In this document: one piece after another, positions 1 to 11,825 of the stretch
Numbering within the stretch: the stretch's first letter is position 1
Layout of the letters: every line of letters starts with the position of its first letter
Virus record (IMG/VR): IMGVR_UViG_3300030685_000017
Location: 32,001 to 96,000 of that record
Source of the DNA: a virus
Direction: 5' to 3' (one strand)
DNA length: 64,000 nt
Made by a program: the position numbers and the translations under genes
The notes under the pieces: model-generated
What the model was told of the DNA's origin: nothing
The model's database searches: none
What the model saw: only the letters and a program-made list of their open reading frames with translations

Positions 1-90
1 TGGAGCAAAATCTGCATGTTGTGGTCATGGAGTTAAAAAGAGTTATATAATTTATTAAAAAAATTTTGAATTAAAAGGAGAAATAAATAA

Positions 91-1098
91 ATGAAAACGA
101 TTTTATATATTTATTTAGGGATTAGCATATTAACATTTATTATGTGTACTTTAGAAGATATAAGTGCAATCCACAGAGCTAAGAGTATTCTAATTAAAAG
201 GGGTAAATCAGATATTGCTGGAGTAATTCAAACATTTATTAAATTAACGATTATGAGTTTTATTCCGATATTAAACTTAATATTATTAATTACTTTAGTA
301 TTTGCAGGAGATAAAATAGATAATGAAATTGATAAAATGATTAATGAAGCAAATAAAAATATGGGAGAGGAATAAATGAAAGAAATTAATAAAGCGGAAG
401 AATTAAAAATTTTGGTATATGATATTGCAAATCAGTTAGAAAATGCAAGACTAAAAATATATCAAACAGAAAAATGTTCATGGGAAGAATTGGGTCAAGA
501 AATAGATGATAAATTATTTAGTCTTCAAAGTCAGATTAGAAATATATCAGAAGAAATAGGATGGATGGATTTTAAAGTAGATAATATAAATTAAAGGAGA
601 GAAAATGAATCATAAAAATAGATATTGGGAAATTGGTCAAAAGGAAGATGGAACATTAGTAGGTAAATTATATTTAATAGATAATAATAGTAAAAGATTA
701 TTATTGAATTTTTGGCAAGATAAAGAAAATAGATCATATTATTATTATGAATCAAAAGAATTTAATTGTGAAGAATTTATTACAGTAAATTCATTAAGAG
801 AAGCTAAAGAGAAATTTGAAGAGTATGTTATGTTGTGGATAGCTCTTGAAATAGATCATTGGGAAATAATGAAAGAACAATTTAATGAAGAGGAAACGGA
901 ATAAATCAAATGAATAATAAAATATTTGCTGTAGATATGGATTTAGAACAATTATTAAATAGCATTGGAATAAAAATAAAATATTTTAATATATTTAAAA
1001 AATCAACATATAAAATTTTAAAAGAAATATCTAAAAAATGGAAATATTTAGATAAAGATATTAAAGACGAAATTACAAAATTAATAATGGAAGATTGA
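91..1098 (+). CDS. Four small hypothetical phage genes (91-375 membrane protein, 376-594, 605-904, 910-1098)
   Basis: Tightly packed ORFs, the first three with GGAG-type RBS; 91-375 has two hydrophobic segments. Confidence 0.7.
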
Positions 1099-1117
1099 TA
1101 TTAATAAGGAAAAGATT

Positions 1118-1411
1118 ATGATCATAGAAAATATGGAAAAAGTTATTAGAGAATGCATTGAAAGATATGGCGAAGATAAAAAATCATGTATGGCTACGGA
1201 AGAATGCGCTGAACTAATACAGGCAATAAATAAAGTAAAACGAAAAATTAAAGAAAATAAAGAAGCAATAGATAATTTAATAGAAGAAATTAGTGACGTG
1301 GAAATAATGATAGAACAATTAAAAATTATGTATGGAATAGATGATGGAAAAATAAATCAAATGATGATGGAAAAGTTAGAGAGACAATTGGATAGAATGT
1401 TAAAAGAATGA
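1118..1411 (+). CDS. MazG-like nucleotide pyrophosphohydrolase
   Basis: EECAELIQAINK ... LIEEISDVEIMIEQL acidic helix motifs typical of phage MazG-like NTP-PPases. Confidence 0.8.
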   Translation: MIIENMEKVIRECIERYGEDKKSCMATEECAELIQAINKVKRKIKENKEAIDNLIEEISDVEIMIEQLKIMYGIDDGKINQMMMEKLERQLDRMLKE

Positions 1412-1820
1412 TAAATGGATTTACAAATGGAATATAAATGGAATATAAATAGAATGATAGACTTATCTTGGTTCGGTGACGAACTAGGGTAGGTCTTTTT
1501 TAGGTGAGTAAAGGGAAGAATAAGGGTTAAATGGATCAAAATGGAACGATAGGTGGGTTAGTGGAGAAGTATGGGTTGAAGATAAATAAAAGAAAATAGG
1601 GGATGTGAACGTGGATATAAGTTAATAGAAAATGTGAGAGGGTGGAAAAATAGAGTCGATGTGCACGTATGACTGGTTATAGGCTTTGCCAATAAAAAAA
1701 TGACATTCCAGTTTTTTCTACCCCCTATATGTGACTACAAACAATAATAATTGTTTTTCGTCATAAGCTCAAGAATGGCGTATTTACGTTGTGGTAGTTT
1801 TATAGAATTTCATTTTTTCC

Positions 1821-1848
1821 TTTACAAAGGTTTTGTATATGTTACTAT
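1821..1848 (+). promoter_or_regulatory. Putative sigmaA promoter for the first gene block
   Basis: TTTACA-16 bp-TACTAT with TG extension; overlaps AAAGGTTTTGTA, which repeats at ~1860. Confidence 0.4.
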
Positions 1849-2370
1849 GAATGAGTACTAAAGGTTTTGTAGCAAAAAAGTTTTTACATTGCAAAACGCG
1901 ACACACTGTCTTGTGGTCATACCACGTACATCATATGTCGCTATCCACCCATATAAGACCGATAGTCACTCATGCCGTGGTCATACCACGGCGATCATCA
2001 GACCAGACAGGTGACAAGGTACAGCGTACCCACTCTATACCCATCAGAGCGTCGGCAACACCCTGACAAACAGCATAACTTATTATATTTGCCTACTGGC
2101 AATAGCGACTTGTCCGACAAGCGTACGTTGACCAGACCACCTACGATAAGCTAACCTACTCGCTCATACATCCGCACTCCTTGTAAGTGAAGTGTAACCA
2201 GTCCATGCTGTCGCATAAAGCACAGCAGACGACGGTTTTAATCATAGATGGGGTGACTATCACAGGTCACCTTATCACTCTGGATTGTTCGGCCAACTTG
2301 TAATAGCACAAGCGTTCGAGCATATCCGATTTTTAGTCTGGCATTGACCAGACGGAAAGACAGGTTTTAT

Positions 2371-3300
2371 ATGTCAAAATCTAAACAGTCCACACTTGCA
2401 CCCATTTCAAAACTTGTTGTACCTGTTTCTGTACCGCAGTCAGATAAGCCAATTTCTGCTGATGCACAGGACAAACTTGTTACACCTGTTACACCTGTTC
2501 CAAAAGACAAAACATCCGGACGTTTTAATGTGTCTCTTTTTCAATCTGCTTTTAAAGCTCACCAGTTCGAACAACTGGTTGATTATTCGCTGCTGACATC
2601 AAAGCATATCTCACTGTCAGCCGGTATTGAAAAGTCAATCGCTAACGGTAACAAAATACAAGAAGTCGAGTTACGTCAGCAGTTACACGATCTGGAGACG
2701 TCCGATCTGTATATTAAGATTGTCACGGAAGCCAATAAGGCATTTTTTGATACTCTATCATCGGTTGACATCGAATTGATCAATCTGTACAACGATCGTT
2801 TGAATGTAGGTTTCCACGAACTCTGGCAAGCGTCTTGTTATGCCAAACCCGTAAAGTCACTCATTAAGAAGTTGACTTCTCATATTGGCAGACTGACGGC
2901 GCAGTCCGAGTATTTCAACCCACGTTTTGTAGCACCAATTACAACCTTTTCTATTGGCGCTACTGCCATGAAGTCAGTCGATGAGGTGTTCTTTGCCCTT
3001 GCTGTTAAGGGTTTCACACCTAATGGTAAACTCTCATCATTGCCGGAAAAAGGGTTTATGAGACAGGTATCAAGGTATCTCACATTGACCATTGCGACTT
3101 CATCTGCCTTTATCGACCAAAAGTCGATGAACGATCCCGAGCCAATCACCATTCCGTCAGATTATAAGTACGGAAAGTCTCTTAAAATTGAAGAAAAAGA
3201 AATTCCTCTGACCGATGCACAGTCTACAGTTGTTCAAGACTCTGTGCCGACTCCGTCTCCGGAAGAAACAAAACCAGAAGAAACGACGGCAGTAGCTTAA
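2371..3300 (+). CDS. Hypothetical protein (GC-richer codon usage, low-complexity ends, C-terminus ETTAVA)
   Basis: Long ORF; ATG at 2371 preferred over TTG at 2344; followed by a terminator. Confidence 0.75.
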   Translation: MSKSKQSTLAPISKLVVPVSVPQSDKPISADAQDKLVTPVTPVPKDKTSGRFNVSLFQSAFKAHQFEQLVDYSLLTSKHISLSAGIEKSIANGNKIQEVELRQQLHDLETSDLYIKIVTEANKAFFDTLSSVDIELINLYNDRLNVGFHELWQASCYAKPVKSLIKKLTSHIGRLTAQSEYFNPRFVAPITTFSIGATAMKSVDEVFFALAVKGFTPNGKLSSLPEKGFMRQVSRYLTLTIATSSAFIDQKSMNDPEPITIPSDYKYGKSLKIEEKEIPLTDAQSTVVQDSVPTPSPEETKPEETTAVA

Positions 3301-3320
3301 TATCTTATATTTTATGTCTT

Positions 3321-3355
3321 AGGGCGGATAACCATCAAAAGTTATCTGTCCTTTT
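3321..3355 (+). terminator. Rho-independent terminator
   Basis: AGGGCGGATAAC/GTTATCTGTCCT stem followed by a T-tract. Confidence 0.7.
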
Positions 3356-3480
3356 GCGTGAACTTTTTCATTGAGGTTTTTCATACCGCATCTCTTAAGT
3401 AAAAACCTACAACTTTTTGTTTTAACAATACGTTTATGCCATTTCAACGTGTTCTCTTTGAGCACCAGAATAGGAGGATT

Positions 3481-4969
3481 ATGATTCAAAATTCAAAGGG
3501 TAGAGAATGTTTGACTCTTGCTTTATGTGAGAGCAGACACGCATATCCAGAATGGATAACAGGCTCGATATTTCCAGAAAAGATACTCGATCCTACAGAC
3601 ATTTCAGAAAAGGATGAATTTTATCCCCTATTACACGAAGGGGGATATATGTAATGAAAATTGAAGAAAAGACCGAAAATGGTCTGGTAACATCTACTGT
3701 TTACACGGGCACAGCTACAGAAATCCGTGAATTGTATGAAATGATTGAAGCTGAAATTATGAATCATCATTCATATTTACGCATGTATTTGAGACACGCA
3801 CCTAAATTTTTTCAGAAAAAATTATATTGGCTATCAATTGATTCCGGTTCAATTCATATCGGAACAAGAGGTATAGATTTTACTAGTAAATTAGTACTTA
3901 ACACGAAACATGGTCATGTCTATGAATACATGCATTTTGTATTTCCTGATTCATTTTTACTTCTTAGACGTAGCAACGAGTATGAATATCGTATTGTTGA
4001 TAATGCGATACAGTTCAGACGTTTACACACGTCATTTCCATTCATAGTAGATACTTTATTTATGGAACGGTTGTTAAAAATAGACAGCGTGAAAGTGAGA
4101 TTAATATGAGTATGCGTAAATATAACGTTTGTAAAGCTTTCGGCTTTATCATTGAGGATTTTAAAATTCCTTATGGGAGTATTTTTGGACGTGATAACTA
4201 TGGTCTGTACGTTTTCACACGTCCGTCTTATATAAATAAACAGGGTGAACTTCCTGTTTACCGTTTATATCCGTCAGAAGGATGGCAGTGTAATATTGAG
4301 TCCACTCCTACTACATGGCACATTATTGACCATTATCAGACTTTGTGCCTGTCTATGCGTAGTGGTTTTCGTGATCCACGCACAACACTTGCTAAAAAAA
4401 TGTTACAGGCTGATCAACAAATTCATCAGATCGCCATGTGTTGTAAGCGTAAAGAACCACAGAAATATAACACACGTGGTCAATTCGGCTATATGGTGAA
4501 CCCTTTTATAGGGATAGAAAGCGATAAACCGTCACAGATTGATTTGTTTTTAATGGCACATAAGAAAGTACCTAACAACTTAAAACGCGAGAAATAAGCC
4601 AATTAAACAGTAAATAATATACAAGAAACACAGCCTAAACACTGTGTTTTTTTGTGTGCAATGAAATGAGGTAAAATAATGAAATGTCCCTATAGACGTT
4701 TTGAAAATGGAGAGTTTAAAAACTGCATTGGAAAAGAATGTCCGGCAGTAATTGCTGAATCTCATACTGAAAAAGTATTTGAGTATGACAAAACAGAATA
4801 TAGTGGGAATTCATACCATCCATATAATATGATAGAAAGAGAGAAAATCATAACAACTATCATAGGATGCAAATATACTAATTCAGGAATTGCACCCACC
4901 ACACAACAAGATATAATAAAAGTATCTCAAAATGTTGGTGTAACAACGGTTCACAGAGGATTATTTTAA
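3481..4969 (+). CDS. Four hypothetical genes (3481-3654, 3654-4109, 4106-4597, 4679-4969)
   Basis: Coupled or overlapping ORFs with RBSs. Confidence 0.65.
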
Positions 4970-5487
4970 CCAAAAGGAGAAAATATAAAAGTTTATATAA
5001 ACTTTGAATATGATCGTTATGATCACAAGTATATTGTAAATGCAACATCCAATGCAGAAGAAGCTAGAATATTTTCTGATATTAATCAAACAGAATTATA
5101 TGAAGATGCATCAAAATTATAAAAGTCAATATTGTTATTGCAACTTTTCAGATGAAATGTGTCATATCTCATTCAATCTTTCTCTTTTAACATCGGAATA
5201 TGATAGCAAAAAAGCAGAAAGCGAATTACAAGATAAATTCAGTTCTATAATTACGCTTGTAGAAAAATTAATTTCTACTAAGCATACAGTAAAAGAAATT
5301 AATAAAACTCTTTCAGAACTTTATCCGAGTATTAAGTATTGTCCTGATGGAATACAGTTGCATGAAGAAGAAGTAATAGATCCATCTTAACAAAATTTGA
5401 TCTGGCACTATACACATCAGACATGAAATATCAGTTAAAATTAGGAATAAAAGGTAAATAATCCTTAAGATTATGGGAGGAATTATT

Positions 5488-6366
5488 ATGTGTGAATTTA
5501 TATCGGGTATTATCTTTAAATCAAAAATTGTATTATGTGATAGAAATAATTCACATTCAGATTTACTTGAGCAATTAGATATTGAAGATACTACAGAAAC
5601 AGCTCGTACATTATTTGTACGAGCTGAACTTATGCCATGTGAGGATGTTAGTGACGAGAGATATGATTCTTCTCTTTTCTCTCATATAAATCGATGGGAA
5701 TTTAATGTAGATCAGGATATCTTACCAGATTGGTTTACAGAAGATCCAGAGAAATATGAAACAGAATTCCGTGACAAAGTTAAAGAGTGGATATCAACTC
5801 ACGTATTCATAAATAAAAAAATGGATGTAAACTTATGTTCAAATAGTATATATCTTATTTATGGAGATTCAGAGTTGACTTCTTCTAATCATTTTTCAAA
5901 TTGCAGTATATATATGTATAATACTTCAATTTTTCATGCAAATTGTCACAATTGTACTTTTATCCTGAATGATAAAGCACAATTAAATAATGTTTGCCGG
6001 AATAGCAGTATTTATATGTATGGTAAATCTCAATGTTCTTGCGAAGATAGTACGGTTTATGTAGATCATAAAGCAGTAGTGACAGCCACCGGAAAAAGTC
6101 ATGTATATATACATTCTCCACAAGTAATAATTAATGCTTATAATTTTACTATTGTTCATGCTGTTAGTAAATATCCTACATTTATTGGTAAACAAAAGCC
6201 TAAAATTAATGCTCATCAATATGCGGTTATTTTATCAAACTACGCAAAAAAATATTTTCAGTTATCTTTATACGATGCCGCTATATTTATTGATGTTAAG
6301 AAGCAAACTGAAAAGAATATGAAAGCAAATGTATTAAAGCAGGAAGGAAAATATTCATGGCAATAG
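5488..6366 (+). CDS. Phage hypothetical protein with beta-solenoid-like C-terminal repeats
   Basis: GGGAGG RBS; MCEFISG start; short periodic repeats in the C-terminal half. Confidence 0.7.
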   Translation: MCEFISGIIFKSKIVLCDRNNSHSDLLEQLDIEDTTETARTLFVRAELMPCEDVSDERYDSSLFSHINRWEFNVDQDILPDWFTEDPEKYETEFRDKVKEWISTHVFINKKMDVNLCSNSIYLIYGDSELTSSNHFSNCSIYMYNTSIFHANCHNCTFILNDKAQLNNVCRNSSIYMYGKSQCSCEDSTVYVDHKAVVTATGKSHVYIHSPQVIINAYNFTIVHAVSKYPTFIGKQKPKINAHQYAVILSNYAKKYFQLSLYDAAIFIDVKKQTEKNMKANVLKQEGKYSWQ

Positions 6367-6923
6367 TAGGACTTATAAAGGAATCAGGCGAAATAATTCT
6401 TGATGAAGAAACAAAAACAGGTTATTTTATGTCGGATTTTACTAGCATTGGATTTATTTATGGTAATGGTAAATATGATTTTTTGGGAAGATATGACTGG
6501 GAAGATAAAGAAACAATAAAAAGTTTCCCTCACACTGTTATCAATAAAATATTTGTAGAAAATTCGAAAGAAGTGATAGAAACAACTTACGTACAAGCAG
6601 AATTAGATATGGGATTTTTATCACATAGTATAACTTTGAATTGGGGTAAACCTGTTTCATCATGGAAATTCCAAGTATGCTATACACAAGATATAGTACC
6701 AGATTGGTACTTGCAACAACCGGCTTTCTATGAAAATAAATTCAGAGAAGCTGTGCAAGGATGGGTTGATCGGCATGTTATTTTTAATCAGCCAGATTTC
6801 AAAATAATAAAACCCGAATATTATATACCTTGGGGTACTACCACAATTTCTGATTTTCCAGCAGGAACTACAATATATGGTAATGGTGCAGATTATATTT
6901 TTGATAAAGGTTTACACGAATAA
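6357..6923 (+). CDS. Partial paralog of the upstream gene
   Basis: QDIVPDWY..QPAFYENKFREAVQGWVDRHV matches QDILPDWF..DPEKYETEFRDKVKEWISTHV. Confidence 0.7.
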   Translation: MAIVGLIKESGEIILDEETKTGYFMSDFTSIGFIYGNGKYDFLGRYDWEDKETIKSFPHTVINKIFVENSKEVIETTYVQAELDMGFLSHSITLNWGKPVSSWKFQVCYTQDIVPDWYLQQPAFYENKFREAVQGWVDRHVIFNQPDFKIIKPEYYIPWGTTTISDFPAGTTIYGNGADYIFDKGLHE

Positions 6924-6945
6924 ATAAAAGAAAGGTTATTTTATC

Positions 6946-7107
6946 ATGCAGAATTGTAAAAATTGTTCTGATCGTCACTTAAGTTGTCATTCAACCTGTT
7001 CTGTTTATTTAGATTTTCGCAAGAGAAAAGATGCTGAAAACAAGAAGAAAAAAATTGAAAATGAACAAAATTTTCTGTGTTCTTGTTATCACCCTCTTAT
7101 CGTATAA
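6946..7107 (+). CDS. Small Cys-rich protein (53 aa), paralog of 38945-39232
   Basis: CKNCSDRHLSCHSTC vs CLKCERRDLKCHTIC; AAAGG RBS. Confidence 0.65.
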   Translation: MQNCKNCSDRHLSCHSTCSVYLDFRKRKDAENKKKKIENEQNFLCSCYHPLIV

Positions 7108-7124
7108 TTAAGAAAGGAAGAACT

Positions 7125-7493
7125 GTGAAAAATTTTATACAAAAATATATAGAACAAAAACAGAATATCGTAAATATCATGGTAAACATTACAAGGTAGG
7201 ATAAGGAAATAACAAGTTTAAGAAATGAAATTTATTACTTAAAACATCCAATTGGAGAAATAGTATTTAATTTTGGAAATTTTTCTCCGGAAACACCATC
7301 AAAAGATACATATTTTATTGTATCTTATCTTTATAAAGGTACATTTTACAAATTATGTACCGCAAAGAAACGGCATAAAAATTATACAATTGAAAGAAAA
7401 GAAGATCAGGCGTTCATTACCATTGGTAAAAAATTTTTTATTGTAGCTAATGGATGTGTTTTTAAATCAGATAAAAATTGGAATTTTAAATGA
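7125..7493 (+). pseudogene. 122-codon frame interrupted by a single TAG (7197-7199)
   Basis: AAAGGAAG RBS plus GTG; frame stays open for 97 codons after the TAG. Confidence 0.6.
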
Positions 7494-7690
7494 TATTTTA
7501 ATGGTCGTCCTGTGGCGATATGATATGAAAGGAAATTAAATGATTAATAAATATATTGGATTTATACTCATAATTTTTTTATTAATTGTGACATCTGCTT
7601 TAAGTAGTATAATTCAAGGAAGACAGGAAAAAAGGGAAAAAAATATGTTTTTCCAAAACAAAAAATTCTTAGAAGTATGGAGGTTATTAA

Positions 7691-9298
7691 ATGTTACCAA
7701 AATTAAATGTTATAAAAATTAATAAAGGTATGTTAAAAGGATCTTACTTCGTTGACGAATGGGATGCTAAATCAGTCTATAAAGTGCATGACAAACCTCA
7801 TTGTACAACTGTAGTAGAAAAAAATAGTTGCTCTTTGATGGTTAAAGGTGATTACATTAATGATATTTTAAAATGTAATTATGATGATTTCTGGAAATGG
7901 TTTAAAGAGAGTGGTAAAATAATATATGTTTCTTGTAATGATCCGATACAAGCCGCTATTTTTTCATTTTTACTTGGTCAACATCAGCAAGATATAATAT
8001 CAGATTATGAAATAGATTTCACTGGTTTTACCCAGTGGGACAATGATTTTAAATTCATGTATTATACAAATGATGGAGATATTTTATTTAAAGCTTATTT
8101 AGATTTTCCTACTGATAGGGGTAAAGAATTTTCAGATATTTTTCTTTCTTCTCCTCCAGTATTAATAAAAAATTCTCCAAGTAATTTCTGGAATTTTTTC
8201 TTCCACAGTAAAATTGTCCAAGGTGTACATTGTAAAACAAAAAAAGAAGCAATAGAATTCTGTGAAATAGCGAACACTCTTGGACAGAAATGGGGTGATA
8301 GAACTGATTACTCAAAAGATATAACCCGTTGGGAAAATTATAAAAAGGGGACTTATTATTCCAATGATGGCAGATATGGTATAATAGATTATTTCAATGA
8401 AAATAATTATACCATTTATGAGTTTTCTGACATTGTCAGTCAAAAATCAGAAAGCACTACAGCTGTAATAGATACCAAACAAATAAAATCAGATATCAGC
8501 GCACAGAGCGCGGGAAAAGAAAAGGAAGGTAGAAATATGAAAAACAATCTTATGGAAAAAATGATGGAAAGCTTTATGCCGAAGCAGGTATCAGGAGATG
8601 AAGTTGCTTTGACAATGGACGGCAGGATTGCCGTAAAACGTGGGAATGGAGATTATGTGGTGTACAACACCGATACAAAAACAATTGAAAATCAGATGAA
8701 TTTGGTACTGAACGGCGAAGATATCTCAAAGCTGTGTTTCTTCATGCCTACACAGGTCTTGGTAATCGGCGATATTTACAAAGAAAATCAGACGTTCTAT
8801 TGTGTTACCGGTGATACTAACGGCATTGTAAAAACTGTAAATCTGTCAACTGGCAGGGGAGCAAGTTCCGTAAAAGAAACCAATGTAATCTTGGGGACGA
8901 AATTCTTCCAGAAAGTTACTTCTTTATTTAATATGACAAATGGTGCGGCAGGTGGAATGAACCCGATGATGATGGCTATGATGATGGACGGAGACTATTA
9001 TGAATCAGGTGAAAGCACTGACAGTATGTTTAAAATGATTGCTCTTTCACAAATGATGGGTCAGGGTGAAAACACTGGTATGGCGATTAATCCGATGATG
9101 ATGGCTATGATGATGGGTAAATCTTCCGGAGGTGATGGAGATATGATAAAAATGATGATGATGAGCCAGATGATGAGCGGTCAGGGTGTAAATCCTTTTC
9201 AGACCATGTTCGGTGCACAGACTCCGGTATCAGTAAAACCTGAAACCGAAAAGACGAGAAAGAAGTCAACGGAAACCGCAGTTGTAGATGAGAGGTAA
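7691..9298 (+). CDS. Multidomain protein: family-A (VHCKT) domain fused to a Met-rich C-terminal domain; probable internal start at 8537
   Basis: GVHCKTKKEAIEFC..W..Y.....W..YK..TYYSNDG..IYEFSDI; NPMMMAMMM repeats; AAGGAAGG RBS before ATG 8537. Confidence 0.75.
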   Translation: MLPKLNVIKINKGMLKGSYFVDEWDAKSVYKVHDKPHCTTVVEKNSCSLMVKGDYINDILKCNYDDFWKWFKESGKIIYVSCNDPIQAAIFSFLLGQHQQDIISDYEIDFTGFTQWDNDFKFMYYTNDGDILFKAYLDFPTDRGKEFSDIFLSSPPVLIKNSPSNFWNFFFHSKIVQGVHCKTKKEAIEFCEIANTLGQKWGDRTDYSKDITRWENYKKGTYYSNDGRYGIIDYFNENNYTIYEFSDIVSQKSESTTAVIDTKQIKSDISAQSAGKEKEGRNMKNNLMEKMMESFMPKQVSGDEVALTMDGRIAVKRGNGDYVVYNTDTKTIENQMNLVLNGEDISKLCFFMPTQVLVIGDIYKENQTFYCVTGDTNGIVKTVNLSTGRGASSVKETNVILGTKFFQKVTSLFNMTNGAAGGMNPMMMAMMMDGDYYESGESTDSMFKMIALSQMMGQGENTGMAINPMMMAMMMGKSSGGDGDMIKMMMMSQMMSGQGVNPFQTMFGAQTPVSVKPETEKTRKKSTETAVVDER

Positions 9299-9303
9299 AT
9301 TAA

Positions 9304-9630
9304 ATGAAAAAAATGATATTTTCTTGGAAGAAGTTTTGTAATCATCGTTATAAAATGGGTGTTCATTGTAATACTTTGTCAGAAACAAAACAGTTTTGTG
9401 AATTATTAAATCGTCACGGATTAACATGGTGGACTGGTGATAGTTATTTAGAAGGTATTGAAGACAATTGGCAAAGATATAAAGATAGAGTAGTATTTAA
9501 TAATCAAGGAAGTGTAACCTGTTTAGAGAATCATCTTCCTAAAAGGATATATGAATTTTCTGAACTTATACCAGAAGATTTTAAATTTCAAACTGTACAA
9601 CAAAGAACTATGATAAGTCAGAAAGGATAA
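9304..9630 (+). CDS. Family-A small protein with C-terminal tag
   Basis: FSWKKF..GVHCNT..FC..HGLTW; ends KFQTVQQR. Confidence 0.8.
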   Translation: MKKMIFSWKKFCNHRYKMGVHCNTLSETKQFCELLNRHGLTWWTGDSYLEGIEDNWQRYKDRVVFNNQGSVTCLENHLPKRIYEFSELIPEDFKFQTVQQRTMISQKG

Positions 9631-9633
9631 AAT

Positions 9634-10135
9634 ATGAATAAAGTATCAGCAGAAATTGTTCAGCATAAAAATCGTCTTGAAGAAATTTTGGGTATGAAAA
9701 TTACTTTAAGTCAACTCTTTGCTATCCGCACTGGATGGAATGTCTTTTATGAAAATCCAGAAGTATACGGAGCTTCGTTAGTAACAGAAATGATTAAATT
9801 ATGTTTATCAAATCAGGAACAAAAGGAGTAAGAACATGAATAAAGATATGTGTTTAACTACTCAAGATCAATTTGTATTTGGGGAGTTGACAAAAGATGG
9901 AACAATTTTTGGTGATGAAATCACTCAACAGATTATTCCGGCTATACAAATAGTAGAAGATAGAATTAAAAGTTTTACTAATTCTGTCATTAATTTATTT
10001 ATTACAGAAAAAGAGTTTTATTCTTTCAATTTATCTGCTGTTATTATAGCATGTAAAGATTGTAATATACCATTAACTTTGTGGTATTATGATACAGTAA
10101 CTAATAACTATGTTTCAAAGGAGATTTTGTCATGA
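9634..10135 (+). CDS. Two hypothetical genes (9634-9831, 9836-10135)
   Basis: RBS-preceded ORFs. Confidence 0.6.
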
Positions 10136-10317
10136 CGCTTTCAATTTTCAATAAGAATGGTATTCGCAGAGAAAAACGCGAAGTAGCTTCAATTAAAGAA
10201 GCAAAGCAGATAAGGCATTCATATCTGCGTTTAGGATATCCGTGTCCTAAATTATTTGATGCCAATGGACAGGAAATTAAAGATTTCGCAATCTGTTGAT
10301 TGCAAGAAAGGGTAAAT

Positions 10318-10770
10318 ATGAAAGCTAAAATTGTTTCAACAATTTTGGTACTTGGTTTATGTATAGCAATACCAAATATGGTATCTGCTCATACTTCTGA
10401 ACGTTCCAGTTCTGTATTATATATTCATGGAACGTTTTATGATTACGGAGATATTTTTATCTCTGACTCTAGTGAAAAATGGAATATGACAGCCTTTGAT
10501 ATGCCGGAGTATTCATCAGGAACGACAGGAACGGTAGTATTTGACGGATATAATACATCATCTTTTAAAGATGATGATTTTATTACATCTTATCCTGATA
10601 ATTCTGTCTCTATTCCTTATCCTGCTGATTATATTCCCATAGAGGATATTGCAGAATATTCAGATGTTTCTGGTAATATTGTCCTTTACTTAAAGGATGT
10701 ATCATACAGAAATGATGATCCAAAAGACTTATCTTATTCAGAGATACTTAAAACAGTTAGCAAGCGGTAA
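10318..10770 (+). CDS. Putative exported protein
   Basis: MKAKIVSTILVLGLCIAIPNMVSA signal-peptide-like N-terminus. Confidence 0.65.
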   Translation: MKAKIVSTILVLGLCIAIPNMVSAHTSERSSSVLYIHGTFYDYGDIFISDSSEKWNMTAFDMPEYSSGTTGTVVFDGYNTSSFKDDDFITSYPDNSVSIPYPADYIPIEDIAEYSDVSGNIVLYLKDVSYRNDDPKDLSYSEILKTVSKR

Positions 10771-10822
10771 TCCGCTCACTATATAAAATTCAAAGTTAAA
10801 AGAAAGATTAAAGGTAATTAAA

Positions 10823-11023
10823 ATGAAAAAAATCAAAGAGTTCGTAGACAGTTCAGAAGCGGTTCAGGTAACAGTAGCATTCCCGGAAATCGTTGGATCA
10901 GTAACAATACAGGAGATTGAACATCGTCCTACTCCAAAAGATCCACTGGTAAATTCAATCGGAAGAATGTTTAATTTCAAGGTTGATCACAGAACAGGTC
11001 AGGTATCTACAGCTCGTAGATAA
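10823..11023 (+). CDS. Hypothetical protein
   Basis: AAAGG RBS and ORF. Confidence 0.55.
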   Translation: MKKIKEFVDSSEAVQVTVAFPEIVGSVTIQEIEHRPTPKDPLVNSIGRMFNFKVDHRTGQVSTARR

Positions 11024-11045
11024 ACGAGAGAGGGAGGATATTCAA

Positions 11046-11698
11046 ATGACAAAAGCTACATACAACGGAAGATTGAAAATAATTGCTTATCTTGAATCTT
11101 TCAAAGATAGTAATATAGGTAAAAAGATAGCAGAATTTTGTGCCTGTAATTCTCCCAAGCTTCTGAAAGAAATTAAAGTAATGGTACAGAAAAGTGAATT
11201 TGAGATATGGGTTCAAGATAATTATCCAAAACACGAATCCAGTGTAATGGAACCGTGTTTTTATGATGTGTTACAAAAGAAAATAGATACATATAAACAT
11301 AATTTATATATACAAAGATATACTAAAGCAATCGAAGAAACAAAAGAATTTTTGATAACTTTTAAAAATAGCGAAATAGGACTATTAATTGCTGATTTTT
11401 GTAAAAAAAAATACAAAAGATAAGTTAGAGGTTATTAAATCTAAGTTACTTGATTGTGGATTTACAATTAATATTATTTGCAAAAACAAACGAAAACCAT
11501 ATGCTTCTGATAATTATTTCACACTTGATTTACCGGAAGAAGTATTAAAAAGCAAAAAAAAATGCAGGATGTTTTTACTCTGGATTTATGTATTACTTCG
11601 ATTATTTTGATATTGAAGATGATATAAAAGCATATACAATCGAGGAGGAAAAAGAATTAAATCAGTTATTATATGGATTGGTGGAATTATTGTTGTAG
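11046..11698 (+). pseudogene. Gene split by two A9 runs (11403-11411, 11554-11562)
   Basis: Removing one A from each run joins three frames; internal repeat FKDSNIGKKIAEFC / FKNSEIGLLIADFC. Confidence 0.5.
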
Positions 11699-11825
11699 TT
11701 GTAATAAGCCTTGCTTTATTATTTGGTACCGGTTACGCTGGGGTATTGTACACTAACGTAATTAGAACAAAACAGGCAAGTGCTAATAATAATACTGCCT
11801 AATCGGCTGATTATTAAATGATTTT

